Assembly: GCF_009834535.1 (NCBI RefSeq) | Contig: NC_045700.1 | Location: 69,874,001-69,938,000, forward strand | Origin: Camelus ferus | Lineage: Eukaryota | Direction of reading: 5' to 3' | Length of the DNA: 64,000 nucleotides | In this document: positions 1 through 10,945 of the stretch, piece after piece | Numbering within the stretch: the stretch's first letter is position 1 | Layout of the letters: each line of letters starts with the position of its first letter | The notes under the pieces: model-generated | Seen by the model: the letters and a program-made list of their open reading frames with translations, nothing else | Databases searched by the model: none | What the model was told of the DNA's origin: nothing | Made by a program: the position numbers and the translations under genes

Positions 1-137
1 TGGNNNNNNNNNNNNNNNNNNNNNNNNNNNNNNNNNNNNNNNNNNNNNNNNNNNNNNNNNNNNNNNNNNNNNNNNNNNNNNNNNNNNNNNNNNNNNNNNN
101 NNNNNNNNNNNNNNNNNNNNNNNNNNNNNNNNNNNNN

Positions 138-815
138 CGGAGAAAACTCTAATTCAAAAAGATAGGGGGGAGGGTATAGCTGGTGGTAGAGTGCATGCTT
201 AGCATGCATGAGGTCCTGGGTTCAATTCCCAGTACCTCCTCTGAAAATAAATGAATAAACCTAATTACTTCTCTCCTGGAAAAAAAAACCAAAAAGATAT
301 ATGCACTCTAATGTTCATAGCAATACTACTTACAATAGCCAAGACATGGAAGCAACCTAAATGTCAAAGATGTGGTATATATATAAAACAGAATATTACT
401 TAGCTGTAAAAAAAAATGAAATAATGCCACTTGCAGCAACAACGGATGGACCTAGAGATTATCATACTAAGTAAGTCAGGCAGAGAAAGACAATTATCAT
501 ATGATATCACTTACATGTGGAATCTAAAATAACAATACAAATGAATTTATTTACAAAACAGAAAAAGACTCACAGACATAGAAAACAAACTTATGGTTAC
601 CAAAGGGGAAGTGGGGGAGAGGGATAAATCAGGAGTTTGGGATTAGCAGATACATACTACTATATATAAAAAAGATAACCAACAAGGACCTACTATATAG
701 CACAGGGAACTAATGGGAAAGAATCTAAAAAAGAATATATGCATATCACTTTGCTGTACACCTGAAACTAACACAACATTGTAAATTAACTATACCTCAA
801 TTAAAAAAATAAAAA
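138..815 (+). mobile_element. LINE-1 3' end (3' UTR and A-rich tail), interrupted by a SINE
   Basis: Typical L1 3' motifs (atgttcatagcaatactacttacaatagccaagacatggaagcaacctaaatgtc; gacctagagattatcatactaag) ending in an A-rich tail near 800-815. Shares long near-identical stretches with 19250-19810. Confidence 0.9.
165..289 (+). mobile_element. tRNA-derived SINE, Vic-1-like (camelid)
   Basis: tRNA-like head with A/B boxes (tagctggtggtagag ... gggttcaattccc), A-rich tail, and 10-bp target-site duplication caaaaagata at 155-164 and 290-299. Confidence 0.88.
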
Positions 816-899
816 AATTGAATTAAGAAAAGTTAAAATAATAACAAAAAACCCAAAGTATCTAAAGTAGTGCTGGCACTTGGTAAAAACAACAAGAAC

Positions 900-1390
900 C
901 AAAAAATCCCTTACTCATGACTCCTCTACCCATATACAACTACAGCAAATATTTTGTTGTATACAGTTTCATGCATATATAATAAATTTATACTCATATT
1001 TAATAGAATTGATGAAATAATATACATATAATGTTAACCTACTTTTATGTTATTAGAATTTCCCATATCATTAAACATTCTGAAAAATGATTTTAATAAC
1101 AGCATAGCATTTCATCATATGGATGTACTATAATAGACTTAAACATGTAACTTTGAAAATTCAGATTATTTCAAATTTTTTATAACTAAAAAGAATTTGG
1201 CATAGCATATCTTTGAAAGGGATGTTTCTGATTATTAAAAGACTTACTCTTTGTCAACATCCATGATTACTGAAGGATGTACAGTCTTAAAGGCACAATA
1301 TCTACTGCCAATAGCTCCCCAGAAAATTTGTACTAATTTACACTCCAAGGAAATGATCATTCATTTTTTCGTTTATCACATGTTTTCTAA
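900..1390 (-). mobile_element. Degraded old L1 (L1ME-like) fragment
   Basis: AT-rich sequence resembling antisense old L1 3' regions (catagcatttcatcatatggatgtactataat; cagattatttcaaatttttt). Highly diverged. Confidence 0.45.
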
Positions 1391-1520
1391 ATACTTAGAA
1401 AGTCATTGTGTCAGGTGCTGGGAATACAGTGTTGAGTAGGATGGACACACACCCTGGTCTCGGGGAGCTTAAATTTCAATGAGGAAGACCAATATTAACA
1501 GAAAACAAAACAAAGCAAAA
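1390..1520 (-). mobile_element. L2 3' fragment
   Basis: tgtgtcaggtgctgggaatacagtgttgag...ccctggtctcggggagctta resembles the antisense L2 3' end. Confidence 0.6.
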
Positions 1521-2083
1521 TAATAAAGAAAACTTATTGAAAAGAAGGCTCTAATATTCAGTCGCTATTTCTCTCACTTTGAGCAGTAGATTCTTGCATT
1601 AATTAATTTATTTTTCTTCAATTTGGTTTATTTAAAAGTGCTATAATTTTAGAGAAATATTTGAAAAGAATAAGTTTACCTGTCATCACACCAGCATATT
1701 TCCTTAATACCAGTTTATCCATTTTTTGAGTGTTCAGTGGTGTCAGCACCGCCACCCAGGGGAGTTGGGTTCCCTTTTGCCATTCCCAGACATTAAGGGT
1801 GGCATCTCCTGTCTCACACAGCAACTAGAGTTTGGACTGGGGACAAAATTGTTAATGTGTGTGGTGGTTGAGGAAACTGGGAAGGTTGATTGGGGTGGTA
1901 CCTTTGAATTTATTTTGTCCTGGATCATATGTAATATTAACAGACAGTGGGAGCTGATTTAAGTATGTTTTGTGATTTAAGAGGAATTCTGGGAGAGTTT
2001 CTTCCCCTAACAGTAAACGCTGTCTCACTGAAGACCTTCACTGCTCTTCCTCGCAATTTTGAACTTCAGGTCAGGGCACCAAA

Positions 2084-2102
2084 TGACCAGCAGAGGGCGC
2101 GT
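2084..2102 (+). promoter_or_regulatory. CTCF-binding motif
   Basis: tgaCCAGCAGAGGGCGCgt matches the core CTCF consensus CCASYAGRKGGCRS at every position. Confidence 0.65.
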
Positions 2103-2556
2103 TAGTATTGACCAAAAGCTGAGGTTCTACATTGGTGTAATTTCCCCATTTTGATTAGAATTGAAACCCTGTTACTGGGGTGTGGACCATAGAAATATGT
2201 TTTATTTTGTTTTGTTTTTTTCTCTAGCAAAATAACCTGATATTTAGGAAGTACTGGAATAAACTAAGGCAGTACTTTGAATAAGAACGTACACCTTTTA
2301 ACTGCCTTAAAAAAAAGGTCTGTAAAATATTTTAGGAATGCAGAGTATAGAAAAAAATACTGTATAATGATTACCCATGTACTTACCACCCAGCGTTGTG
2401 AAATCCTAACGTTTTGCCATATCTGATTCACATTTTTTTCTAAAGAAATGAAACATTTCAGATACAGTCCAAGACTTTATTGTATCACATACAAGTCTAT
2501 TTCTCTCACTCTCTCTCCAGAGGTAAACATTGTCTTTAAATTTGGTAATTATCAAC

Positions 2557-3024
2557 TGACTGGGTTCAGAACATGCTACTCCAAAATATGGCACCTTGGC
2601 ATACTGAATACTTTAAGCCGAAGGAATCTGAGAAGGGGCGGGTGCAGGTTATAAGACCTGCTACTCTTGTGAGAGGTGCCTCCTTGGAAGAAAGGGGTCC
2701 CCTTATCTCTGAAGACAGAGGGTCTCTGGGAGGAATCTGAACACACAGGCCTTGCTATTTCCCTGGTTTATCACCCTTCGCTCATACCTTTCTTCCTATC
2801 ACGTTTTCCGACAACCTTCCACTCTTCATCACCTAGTATAAAAATGCTCATGCTTAACCACTTCTTCAGGTCTTCCTTTCCTTATGCAGGCTCCTGTATC
2901 ACATAAAATTTATATCTGATAAATTAGTGTACTTTTCTCCCGTTAGTCTGTCTTGGTCAGTTTAATTTTCAGGTCAAGCTAGGGACTCTAAGAGGGTCAA
3001 AGAAAAGTTTTCCTCTCCTATACA
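2557..3024 (+). mobile_element. Solo ERV1 LTR, MER34-like
   Basis: Starts TG (tgactgggttcagaacatgctactccaaaatatggcaccttggcatactgaata, a MER34-type 5' end), has internal tataaaa, ends ...cctataCA. No clear TSD. Confidence 0.75.
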
Positions 3025-4479
3025 GTCCTCATGAATTATTTTTATATCTTTACCATATATAAGTGCACCTGTAAACAACACATATTATTTTACATATTAA
3101 AACATGTATCAATAGTATCATTTATATAACTTTACAACTTGCTTTATTTTGCTTAACATCTTGTTTTAGGTATTAATTCTCGTTAATATATGGTGTTTCC
3201 ACTCATTTATTTTTAAACTGCTATACATTATTCCATTGTATAAACATATCACAACTTATCCATTTTGCCATTGATGGCTGTTTCCATTATTTCCAATTTT
3301 TTGTGATTACAAACAATGCTGCAGTGAACCTTCTTGAGTGAATTGCTGTTCACATATGAAAAAGTTTCCCTAAGGTATACCTGACAATGAACTTGTGGGG
3401 TTACAAGTTATATGCACCTTCAATTTATTGGTTATTTCCAAATTGCTCTGAATTTCTAAAACTCCACTTCCTCATCAATAATGGATGTATACAACTTTAA
3501 AATTTTTGCTAATCTGATATATATGGAATGATATTTCTTTTTGTTTTAATTTGATTTTTCCTGATTAGTAGCAAGCTTGACTAATAAATAAACGATCATT
3601 TATTTATGTTTCTTTATCTATTAATTATCTATTAATGTCTTGTACCCATTTTTTAATTTGGGTTGATTGTCTTTCCTCTATTTGTAGCAGTTTTTGCTGC
3701 ATTTTGGGTACTAATACTTTGTTAGTTGTATGTACTACAGATATCATCTTCTAATTTGTGATCTGTCTTTTAACTTTATGCTGTCTTGTCAAAAACTTTA
3801 AATTTTAATATCTTTGAGTTTGTCAGTAATTTTCTTTATGGTTTGTGTTTTGAATCGTGGGAAAGAAAATTTTGCTTTCCTCAAATTCATAAACATATTC
3901 TACATTTTCTTCTAAAAGTTTAAGAACTTTATTTTTTTATATTTAGATTCTGAATGCACCTGATATTTTGTGAGGTAAGGATTAAAAAATTGGATAACCA
4001 GTTATCACAAAATTATATAGTGAATAATAGCTCATTCTTTCCCCATTTTATAAAGCCACTTTTGCTATATATCATTTCCATATACGGGTACATTTATTTC
4101 TGGATTCTCTATTCTCTGCTGTCTGTCCCTAAGTCAGTATCATACAGTCTTAAAGTGATTTTTGGCTGGGCAAACCCTTCCTCTTTTTTTTCTTTAAAAT
4201 TGTAATGGCTATCATGGGCTCATCTTTATGATTTTGGGATCAACTTATCATGTTCCAGCAGAAACTCTATTAAGGATTTAAAAAATTGGAATGGAAATGA
4301 ATGCATAGATTCATTTAGGGAGAACTGTCATCTTCCTATCTATGAACATTATATATAGCATTACACAGAACATTGTATTTATTCAGGCCTACTTTTATTT
4401 AATAAAATGTTATAATTTCTTCATGACAGTCTCACACATCTTTTTTTTCATTTGATATATATTTAAAGATTACATTTTC

Positions 4480-5265
4480 CTCCTTCCTATATAAAGTGTA
4501 CCAGTAGATAACTAAATAGTAGAAAATAAAAAGTTTTTTGTTTTAGTAGGAATTTCCCAAGGAACAAGTGAAGAATGAATGATAGAATTTCAATACTGCT
4601 ATTTTGCAACCTCTAATGAATTAATGGCTCTGTAGCTTCTGGCCCTGTGAAGAGACCAGCAAACATTATGTCTCCTGATGGAAGAACACAGTGCCCTCCG
4701 TGAAGTGGTCTTGTCAAAAAGAAAAACAAAACCTGAATCTTATCAAGTCTCTGGATCCAAGTACTAACTTATAGAAAATATAGAAGACAGAGAAACATGT
4801 TCAACTACACTATGAGGGCACAAGCAGCAAAATCTAGATTGTGGGAAAATGTACAGAACAAGTGATCCCCAATTTCCTAAAAATAAACTAGAAGAGAGTA
4901 AGAAAAAGAAATGGAGAAAAACCTGTAAATGAAAGGATACAAAGCCCATATCAACCAATTGCAAACAAACTCCAAAACAGTTTTAATAATTATGAGGCAG
5001 TTAGAACATTGAAAAAACTGGATATTCAATCATATTAAAGAATAGTTCTCATTTTTAGGTATAATAGTGGTAGTATGTTTATGTCAGAAGAGTCTTTTCT
5101 TGACCTTTAGAGATATATATTCAAATGTATATGGAATTTGTTTCAAAATAATCTGGGAGGGAGGAAAAAATTGGAGATGATGGTGAACAATATCGGCCAG
5201 GAGAGGGGAACGTGGGATTCACTGTGCTGTTCTGCCCACCTGTGTGTATGTTTGAGGTTTTCCAT
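4480..5265 (+). mobile_element. Old L1 3' UTR fragment (L1MC/L1MD-like), opposite in orientation to its host L1
   Basis: Motifs gcaacctctaatgaattaatgg, aaacctgaatcttatcaagtctctggatcc and ggattcactgtgctgttctgcccacc resemble L1MC/MD 3' ends. Confidence 0.6.
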
Positions 5266-5826
5266 TGTAACAGTTATTCTTAAATTGCATCATATATTGT
5301 GTTTTATGTTTTCAAACACTTTTTTTTCCCACAATTTTATTTATTGATCTATGTTTAGTAACCTTGCTGAGTTTTTTTGTTTGTTTTTTAATGGTTTGTC
5401 TTTTAATAGCTTGTCTCTAGTGGCCCTCAGATTTTCCATCTAAGGAATACTATTGTCTGAGAATAATGACAGTCATTTCCTCCTTTCTATCCTTTTCCTT
5501 TCTGTTCTTTTTGCTTTCTCAACTGTCCTGTACATGTTGAAATAGAAGCAATGATAGAGGGCGTCCTTATCCTAGCCCTGCCCCTAAAGAGACTGCTTCC
5601 AAAATTCTGCCTTTATGAGGTTTACTGCAGGCTTCTGGTAGCTACTTTTTATCAAAGTCAGGAAATCCTCTTCTATTCCTAGTTTGATCATTTTAAATCA
5701 TGAATGGGTGAATTTTATAAATTGATTTTTCCTTTTGCATGTACTGAAATGACCCTAAGTTTTTTCCCCTTTAACCTCTAGATGTGAATTATATAAACAG
5801 ATTTTTGAATGTTAAACCATTTTTAA

Positions 5827-5974
5827 CTTTTTCTTTCTTTGTGTGTGTGTGCGCGTGTGTGTAATTAGGTTAATTTATTTAATTTTTTTTCTTTAATGGA
5901 GGTACTGGGGATTGAACCCAGGATCTCATGCATGCTAAGCATGTGCTCTACCATTTGAGCTATACCCTCCCCTC
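5827..5974 (-). mobile_element. tRNA-derived SINE, Vic-1-like
   Basis: Reverse complement of the 165-289 element (ggaggtactggggattgaacccagg...gagctataccctcccctc). Candidate TSD catttttaa at 5818-5826 and 5980-5988. Confidence 0.88.
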
Positions 5975-6016
5975 TACATCATTTTTAATTCCTGGTATAA
6001 ACTGAATTCAGTCAAT

Positions 6017-6018
<2 letters not shown>

Positions 6019-6050
<32 letters not shown>
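6019..6050. repeat. (TG)16 microsatellite
   Basis: Perfect dinucleotide run read directly. Confidence 0.97.
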
Positions 6051-6055
<5 letters not shown>

Positions 6056-7059
6056 AAGGATTTGGTTGGCTAATGTTTAATTTAGGAGTTTTGCATCTTT
6101 GATCATAAGTGAGATTGGTCTATAAATTTTCTTTCTTAGGTTGTTCTTGTCTCTTGTTTCAACTGCTTTTTTGGTTTGGATGAATTTGCCTCTCAAGTCA
6201 GAAATGAGCTTTACTTTCTGGAAGGTGAAGAGAATTTTCAGGATCAAGGGGCAACAGCTGTGTTCTGGGATTCTAGGGCTTCCCTGGGGTTTCCATCCTG
6301 GGCTGAGCAGAGGGAGCCTGAAACAGTCTTAAGGATGAGTGACATCCCACTACTGAGGAGAACTTTGAAATACTTTCCAGAAGGACAAATAAAGGGGTAA
6401 TAGAACGTGTAGGTCATCTAGGCTGCTAAGAACTAGCAGACGATCCTGAGCACAGTACCAGGGCTTCAGACAGCAGAGCCTGGCGGTGTCTGCTGACCCG
6501 GCCGGCCTCACACAGAGCAGTTCTGGGAGGGAGGAGCCCCGACCCACATGGTGAGGCGGCCCTTTGTAGCGGTACCACCTTCCAGGTGGTGGATTCTGGT
6601 GCAGGGGCACTGCCTCAACTCCTGGGCACACAATTCTGGTCTCTTGATTTTCTCCACAGCTTTATGAGAAATTTTGCCACACAGGCTGCTCTTCACTTCT
6701 TTGAGCAGATTGGGTAGTCATGATATTTGCTCCTTCTGGAGCTGTTTATTCCCAGAGCCAGGAACTGCTACTGAGGAAATGCCTGCAAAACCAAACTAAA
6801 TTGAACTAAACACCTACAGACACTGAGTTGAGGGAGACCCCTTACCTTGGTTTTAATAATTAGCTTCAGTTTTGCATAAGTCTATTGACTTGCAGACCTC
6901 AGTTTCCTTTATCTACAATATAAAATAACTTCTAGAGGTTCCAAATAATCTCCAAGTTTCATGATGGCTTTAAAAAAACACTGCCATAATTTTGTGGTGT
7001 TTCCCCGAAGTGTAACTATTTCCTAATCAGAAACACATGGATGGCTTTACAACTCTTAA

Positions 7060-7232
7060 AGACCCAGGAGCTTAGCGTCATAGAAACGTGGGTTCATATC
7101 TCAGCTAGTCCACCTACTGGCTGTGTGACCTTGGGCTAGTTACTTCACCTCTCTGAGCCTCAACTGCCTTATCTGTGAAATAGGGATAATGTACTTGATC
7201 TCATAAGGTTGTGGTGAGGATGAAATGAGCTA
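7060..7232 (+). mobile_element. MIR SINE
   Basis: Core ctggctgtgtgaccttgggctagttacttcacctctctgagcctca...ctcataaggttgtggtgaggatgaaatgag. Confidence 0.85.
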
Positions 7233-7235
7233 AAA

Positions 7236-7236
<1 letters not shown>

Positions 7237-7264
<28 letters not shown>
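7237..7264. repeat. (CA)14 microsatellite
   Basis: Perfect run read directly. Confidence 0.97.
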
Positions 7265-7269
<5 letters not shown>

Positions 7270-7634
7270 TCAAAAGAGTAAGTGCCAAAAATTCCTTCCC
7301 TTTTCTCCACTCAAGTGACTATGTGTGGAAGAGTAGTCAAAAGATAACCTTTATAAATTGAGACATTAACATTGTTTGGCTGGCACTTCTGGGTGTTTCC
7401 CGTTTGCCTGCCTCCCACCTCCTCCCTGGAGTCTGTCTGAGTCGGCCTGTTCCCGCAGATTTTGAGGCCGTCTAGCTCTACGGGTCTCCACCCAGGCTTG
7501 GGACCTGCAGGAGGCCCTACGGGTAGAGACATCACAAGCTACACTAACAGAAGCGGCTTGGAGAACGGACCATTCGGGGAGCCGAGCCTGGAGTCCCGAG
7601 CTCATTGCAAGGAGCTCTCTTAGCTCGGACGTCA

Positions 7635-7696
7635 GAGGCGACAGGTGGGGACGGCCTCGCGCTGGCGGCGCGGCGGCGCCGGGCGGGCACCGGTGG
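7635..7696 (+). other. Putative non-coding first exon; start approximate
   Basis: GC-rich stretch without ATG ending at donor TGG|GTGAGC inside the CpG island. Confidence 0.5.
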
Positions 7697-7743
7697 GTGA
7701 GCGGGCGCCGGCTGGAGGTTGGGGGGGCCCAGGAGCCGCCGGC

Positions 7744-7882
7744 TTGGGGCAGGGAGGGGGGCGGAGTTGGCGGGGGGAGGGGTGGAGAGAGAGCGGGAGG
7801 GAGGGAGGGGGGAGGGGGAGGGGGAGGGGGAGGAGGGGGTGGGGGAAGGGAGGAGGGGGGTGGGGAAAGGAGAGGACGAGGG
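7744..7882 (+). repeat. G-rich, nearly all-purine tract with many G3-G6 runs (G-quadruplex-prone)
   Basis: gggagggagggagggggagggggagggggagggg..., more than 15 G-runs. Confidence 0.9.
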
Positions 7883-8013
7883 AAGCTGCGCTCCGTCGCC
7901 GCCCTGGCGGAGACAGACACTGCTTTCGTCTTCTCCCTTGATTTGCCACCCTTTTTTCTTCTTTTTGAAAAAACTGCCTGAAGATTCTCTTCATTCCAGT
8001 TTCTCCACTTTAT

Positions 8014-8061
8014 GAGAGAGAGAGAGAGAGGGAGAGAGGGAGAGAGGGAGAGGGAGAGAGA
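8014..8061. repeat. Imperfect (GA)n / (GGGAGA)n purine microsatellite
   Basis: Read directly. Confidence 0.93.
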
Positions 8062-8189
8062 AGCATTTCTACTCCATGTCCTCTTGACAGTTCTGCTTTC
8101 TCCCCATCTACCTACTCCAAGATGGACAACCACACCTTTTGATAACTGTTAACAGCCAAGAGAAGTGATCTCTACAGACCCAGTCTGGG

Positions 8190-8380
8190 AGATCAGTCAG
8201 CTGTAGAGCGTCCTCTGCCCAGCTCTGTGACCAAGGACATGTTCCTTAACCTCACTGTGCCTCAATTTTCTCATCTGGCAAATGGAGATAGTAAGAGCTC
8301 TTTATTTACAGGATTGTTTTAAAAGTTAAGCAATTTATAGAAAATGCTTAGCCTGGGGCCTGGCACACAGTAAGTGTAAA
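8190..8380 (+). mobile_element. MIR SINE
   Basis: ctgtgaccaaggacatgttccttaacctcactgtgcctcaattttctcatctggcaaatggagata...gcctggcacacagtaagtg. Confidence 0.8.
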
Positions 8381-8419
8381 CTACCACCCCTGTCTTGATG
8401 GATTCAGAATGCATTCTGG

Positions 8420-8695
8420 GTTCAGCAAACTCTTTCCATTACGTTGGGCATCACCTCCCCCAGGAAGCCCTCCCTGACTTTCCCTGTCCCTCCCATGCTG
8501 GTCTGGATCAGTTTCCTTCCTGTGTTCTCTCATAGTACTAAACATGTTGAACACACAGATGGTGGGAACCATCTGTACACATGTCTGGCTCCTCTAGTAG
8601 AGTGGCAGCGCCATAAGGAGTGTCTTATTCAACCACAGAGGGTCTGGCACTTAGTAGGGGACCAGCAAATGGTTGCTAAGTAAATGAAGGAAATT
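8420..8695 (+). mobile_element. L2 3' fragment
   Basis: cctcccccaggaagccctccctgact ... ctggcacttagtagggg...aaatgaagg. Confidence 0.65.
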
Positions 8696-9349
8696 TCCAT
8701 TCATTCAGTCAGTGGTTAAAAACTTAAGAAGGCCTAAGCCTGTTATCTGAACTTGGAGCTATCTCAGTGGTAACCCTGGATTCTGCTCTTCCCCCTTAAC
8801 AGAAACAATCCCAAAGGTATTGAATCACAGAAAATGAGACGTAGGGATTGGAAGGTCAATTTCGTTATTTTTCAGATGAGAAAGGGAAGCCCAGAGAGAC
8901 TAGTGGGTTTACTGAGGCCTCATGCTGGTACAGGACCACCATGGTGAAGCCAGTGTTCTCATCTTGACCCACTGGGCTCTCACTCACCAGCTGCTGGTCA
9001 GGGCCCTCCCAGGGGTGCCTGGGTGTCAGAGCTTTATGAAGGACATACTGAAATGGTGGGCTGGCTTTCCCTGGGAGCAGGTATAGTGGAAGAAGCTTGG
9101 GAAGGAGACCCAGCCCTAGTCCTGGCTCTGCTGCAGATCACTGCACAAGCCGGGGAGAGTCATAGATGCAAACAGCATGAGGGTGGAATGGGGCCTGAGA
9201 GATTATCCACCCCAACCTCTCTGGTTTATGGAAAAGGAATCCACAGCCAGAGAAGTGATATGCCCTAGACTGTGGGCCTAATCAAAGGCAGAGCTGGTGA
9301 CAGAACCCATGTCTTTCAAATCCGAAATGCAGTGTCCTCAATGAGTCTA

Positions 9350-9500
9350 TTCCAGGGTTTGTCAAATAGTAATGGGCATATGATCACTTGAAGATCTTGT
9401 TAAAGCATAGGTAGGTCTGAGGTGAGATGCCAGATTCTGCATTTCTAACAAGCCCCCAGGTTCTAGCTAGAAAGGGTCTAGACCAGTGATTCTCTCAAAA
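9350..9500. mobile_element. MER5A-like hAT-Charlie DNA transposon fragment
   Basis: gatcttgttaaagc...gtaggtctgaggtgagatgccagattctgcatttctaacaagcccccagg. Confidence 0.7.
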
Positions 9501-10479
9501 ACCAGGGCTGGAACTTCCAGCTCTATGATGTAACTGCTTAGTGCACCAGCCCCTAATCAGACCAGTCTTGTCAGATTAATGAAGGCCTGGTGGCTAGCGG
9601 GCCACTCACCTAGATGTCAACAGAGCCAGCACCCTCCTCACCTGCTCATCTTCCCCATCAGAGGTAGCCGTCCTCCACCCCTGTTGGCTGCCTTTGTGTC
9701 TCTGGTGGAGAGGCAGGTCCTGGCTGGTGGCTGTGGGTCTGAGTGCACCCTTTTGGAGGACTGGGACCTTACTAACCCCTGCAGGCACTGTGACTTCACA
9801 GGGAATATGCCAAGCCCGAAGTCGAGTCTTCAATGTAAGCTCTTGAGGACAGGAAACTTGGTTTTGCCATCTTTGAATCTCCTGAATACTCAGGCACCCA
9901 TTCCTCCATTCATTTGATTCATGCGTTTGTTTATGGAACATTTGGTAAGCCTGGCTAAATAAGGCACAGTCCTCGCCTTCTAGAAACATATATAACACGT
10001 GGGGCTATAAAGTGGTACTTAGCGGTTGCCCAGTAAGTATGTGTGAAATTGAATTAGGCTTCAGTGCTCTGGGGGAGGTGGCAGCGTCATCGAGTGATAG
10101 TGCAGTGGAAAGCAGCTGGTGGTGGCCACTTCCTAATAAGGGGCTTGTTCTCAAAGAAGAGAGCCTGGCTCCTTAGGCAGTTCCCGTCAGAGTCAGTGGA
10201 AATGACACTGCCCAAGCCTTACAGAAGTCTTTGCACTTTAAGATGTTATCAGGCAATTCACAAATGCATCATGATTTTTAGCTCTCCCTTTGGCAGTCTA
10301 AAGACCAGTGGAGGAAAGAGGGAGACTCCAGCTCCTCTTCTCAGGCCAGTCACAGAGGGGACAGCTAAAACATGCACGGTGTTTGCAGCAAAGAGAGAAA
10401 TGACCCACCGTGGTGACTCTGACTCCACGAGGTAGGAAAGCATCTGCAAGACAGAGCCATCTGCCCACATGTGGCAGAG

Positions 10480-10945
10480 GTGCTAACTGCCACCTAATGT
10501 CCATCCCCCTTCTGCCTTTGGGTGGCAGACCCCTCAAGTTTTAGCTTGGCACATGGACACCCAGCAAGAGACTTCGGTTTCCAGCCTCTCCTGTAGCTCG
10601 GGGGGCTAACGGGATGTGAGCACAAGTGGAAGAGGGGCAATTTCTGAATTGTGCCCTTGAAAGGCAGCTGTGGGCCCAGCACTGACTTTTTCTCTCCTGT
10701 TCTGCAGGGTGAGGGAGGCGCTGAGCCAGCTTTGACCATGCAGACCAGGGTAATATGGGGCTGGTGGTGGGGAGGGGAGCAGAGAGACGATAAGAGAGGA
10801 GCCTGGACCCCTGGACAGCCTTGTGGAGTAGAGCTGTCCTACCCCCTGCCTGCCAGCTTAGACTTTTCCATGAGAGAGATATAAATCTTCCATCTTGTTT
10901 GAAGTCACTTAATTTTGGCCTTTGTTAGAACCAGCATCCTAAGTA
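10480..10945 (+). mobile_element. MLT1 (ERVL-MaLR) solo LTR, old subfamily
   Basis: 3' portion cagccttgtggagtagagctgtcctacc...gacttttccatgagagagatataaatcttccatcttgtttgaagtcact. 5' boundary uncertain. Confidence 0.6.

Larger units (their letters stand above)
2330..6140 (-). mobile_element. Fragmented old L1 (ORF2/3' region, antisense), host to several nested insertions
   Basis: Antisense L1 motifs throughout (ttttgtgattacaaacaatgctgcagtgaac; ttttgtgaggtaaggatt; tttttatcaaagtcaggaaatcctcttctattcctagtttg; ttttgcatctttgatcataagtgagattggtcta). No intact ORF. Confidence 0.75.
7400..7920 (+). promoter_or_regulatory. CpG-island promoter 1
   Basis: Dense CpG/GC block in an otherwise CpG-poor window. 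CRE-like GACGTCA at 7628-7634, GC boxes (gggcgg), and a splice donor at 7696/7697. Confidence 0.75.

Noticed and set aside
1618-2040. Protein-like minus-strand frame (..LLLGEETLPEFLLNHKTYLNQLPLSVNITYDP.. / ..CETGDATLNVWEWQKG..)
   Set aside because: Three to four stops in ~130 codons is near chance. The candidate 65- or 77-nt introns do not restore the frame, and no homology is recognised.
7366-8133. 255-aa proline-rich minus-strand ORF and overlapping Gly/Arg-rich ORFs
   Set aside because: Stop-free only because they cross the GC-rich island and the G/GA low-complexity tracts. The start is non-ATG and no domain is recognisable.
8683-8705. Small hairpin at an L2 tail junction (aatgaaggaaatttccattcatt), reminiscent of L2-derived miRNAs
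   Set aside because: The stem is only ~11 bp with no loop or extended flanks, too short for a pre-miRNA.
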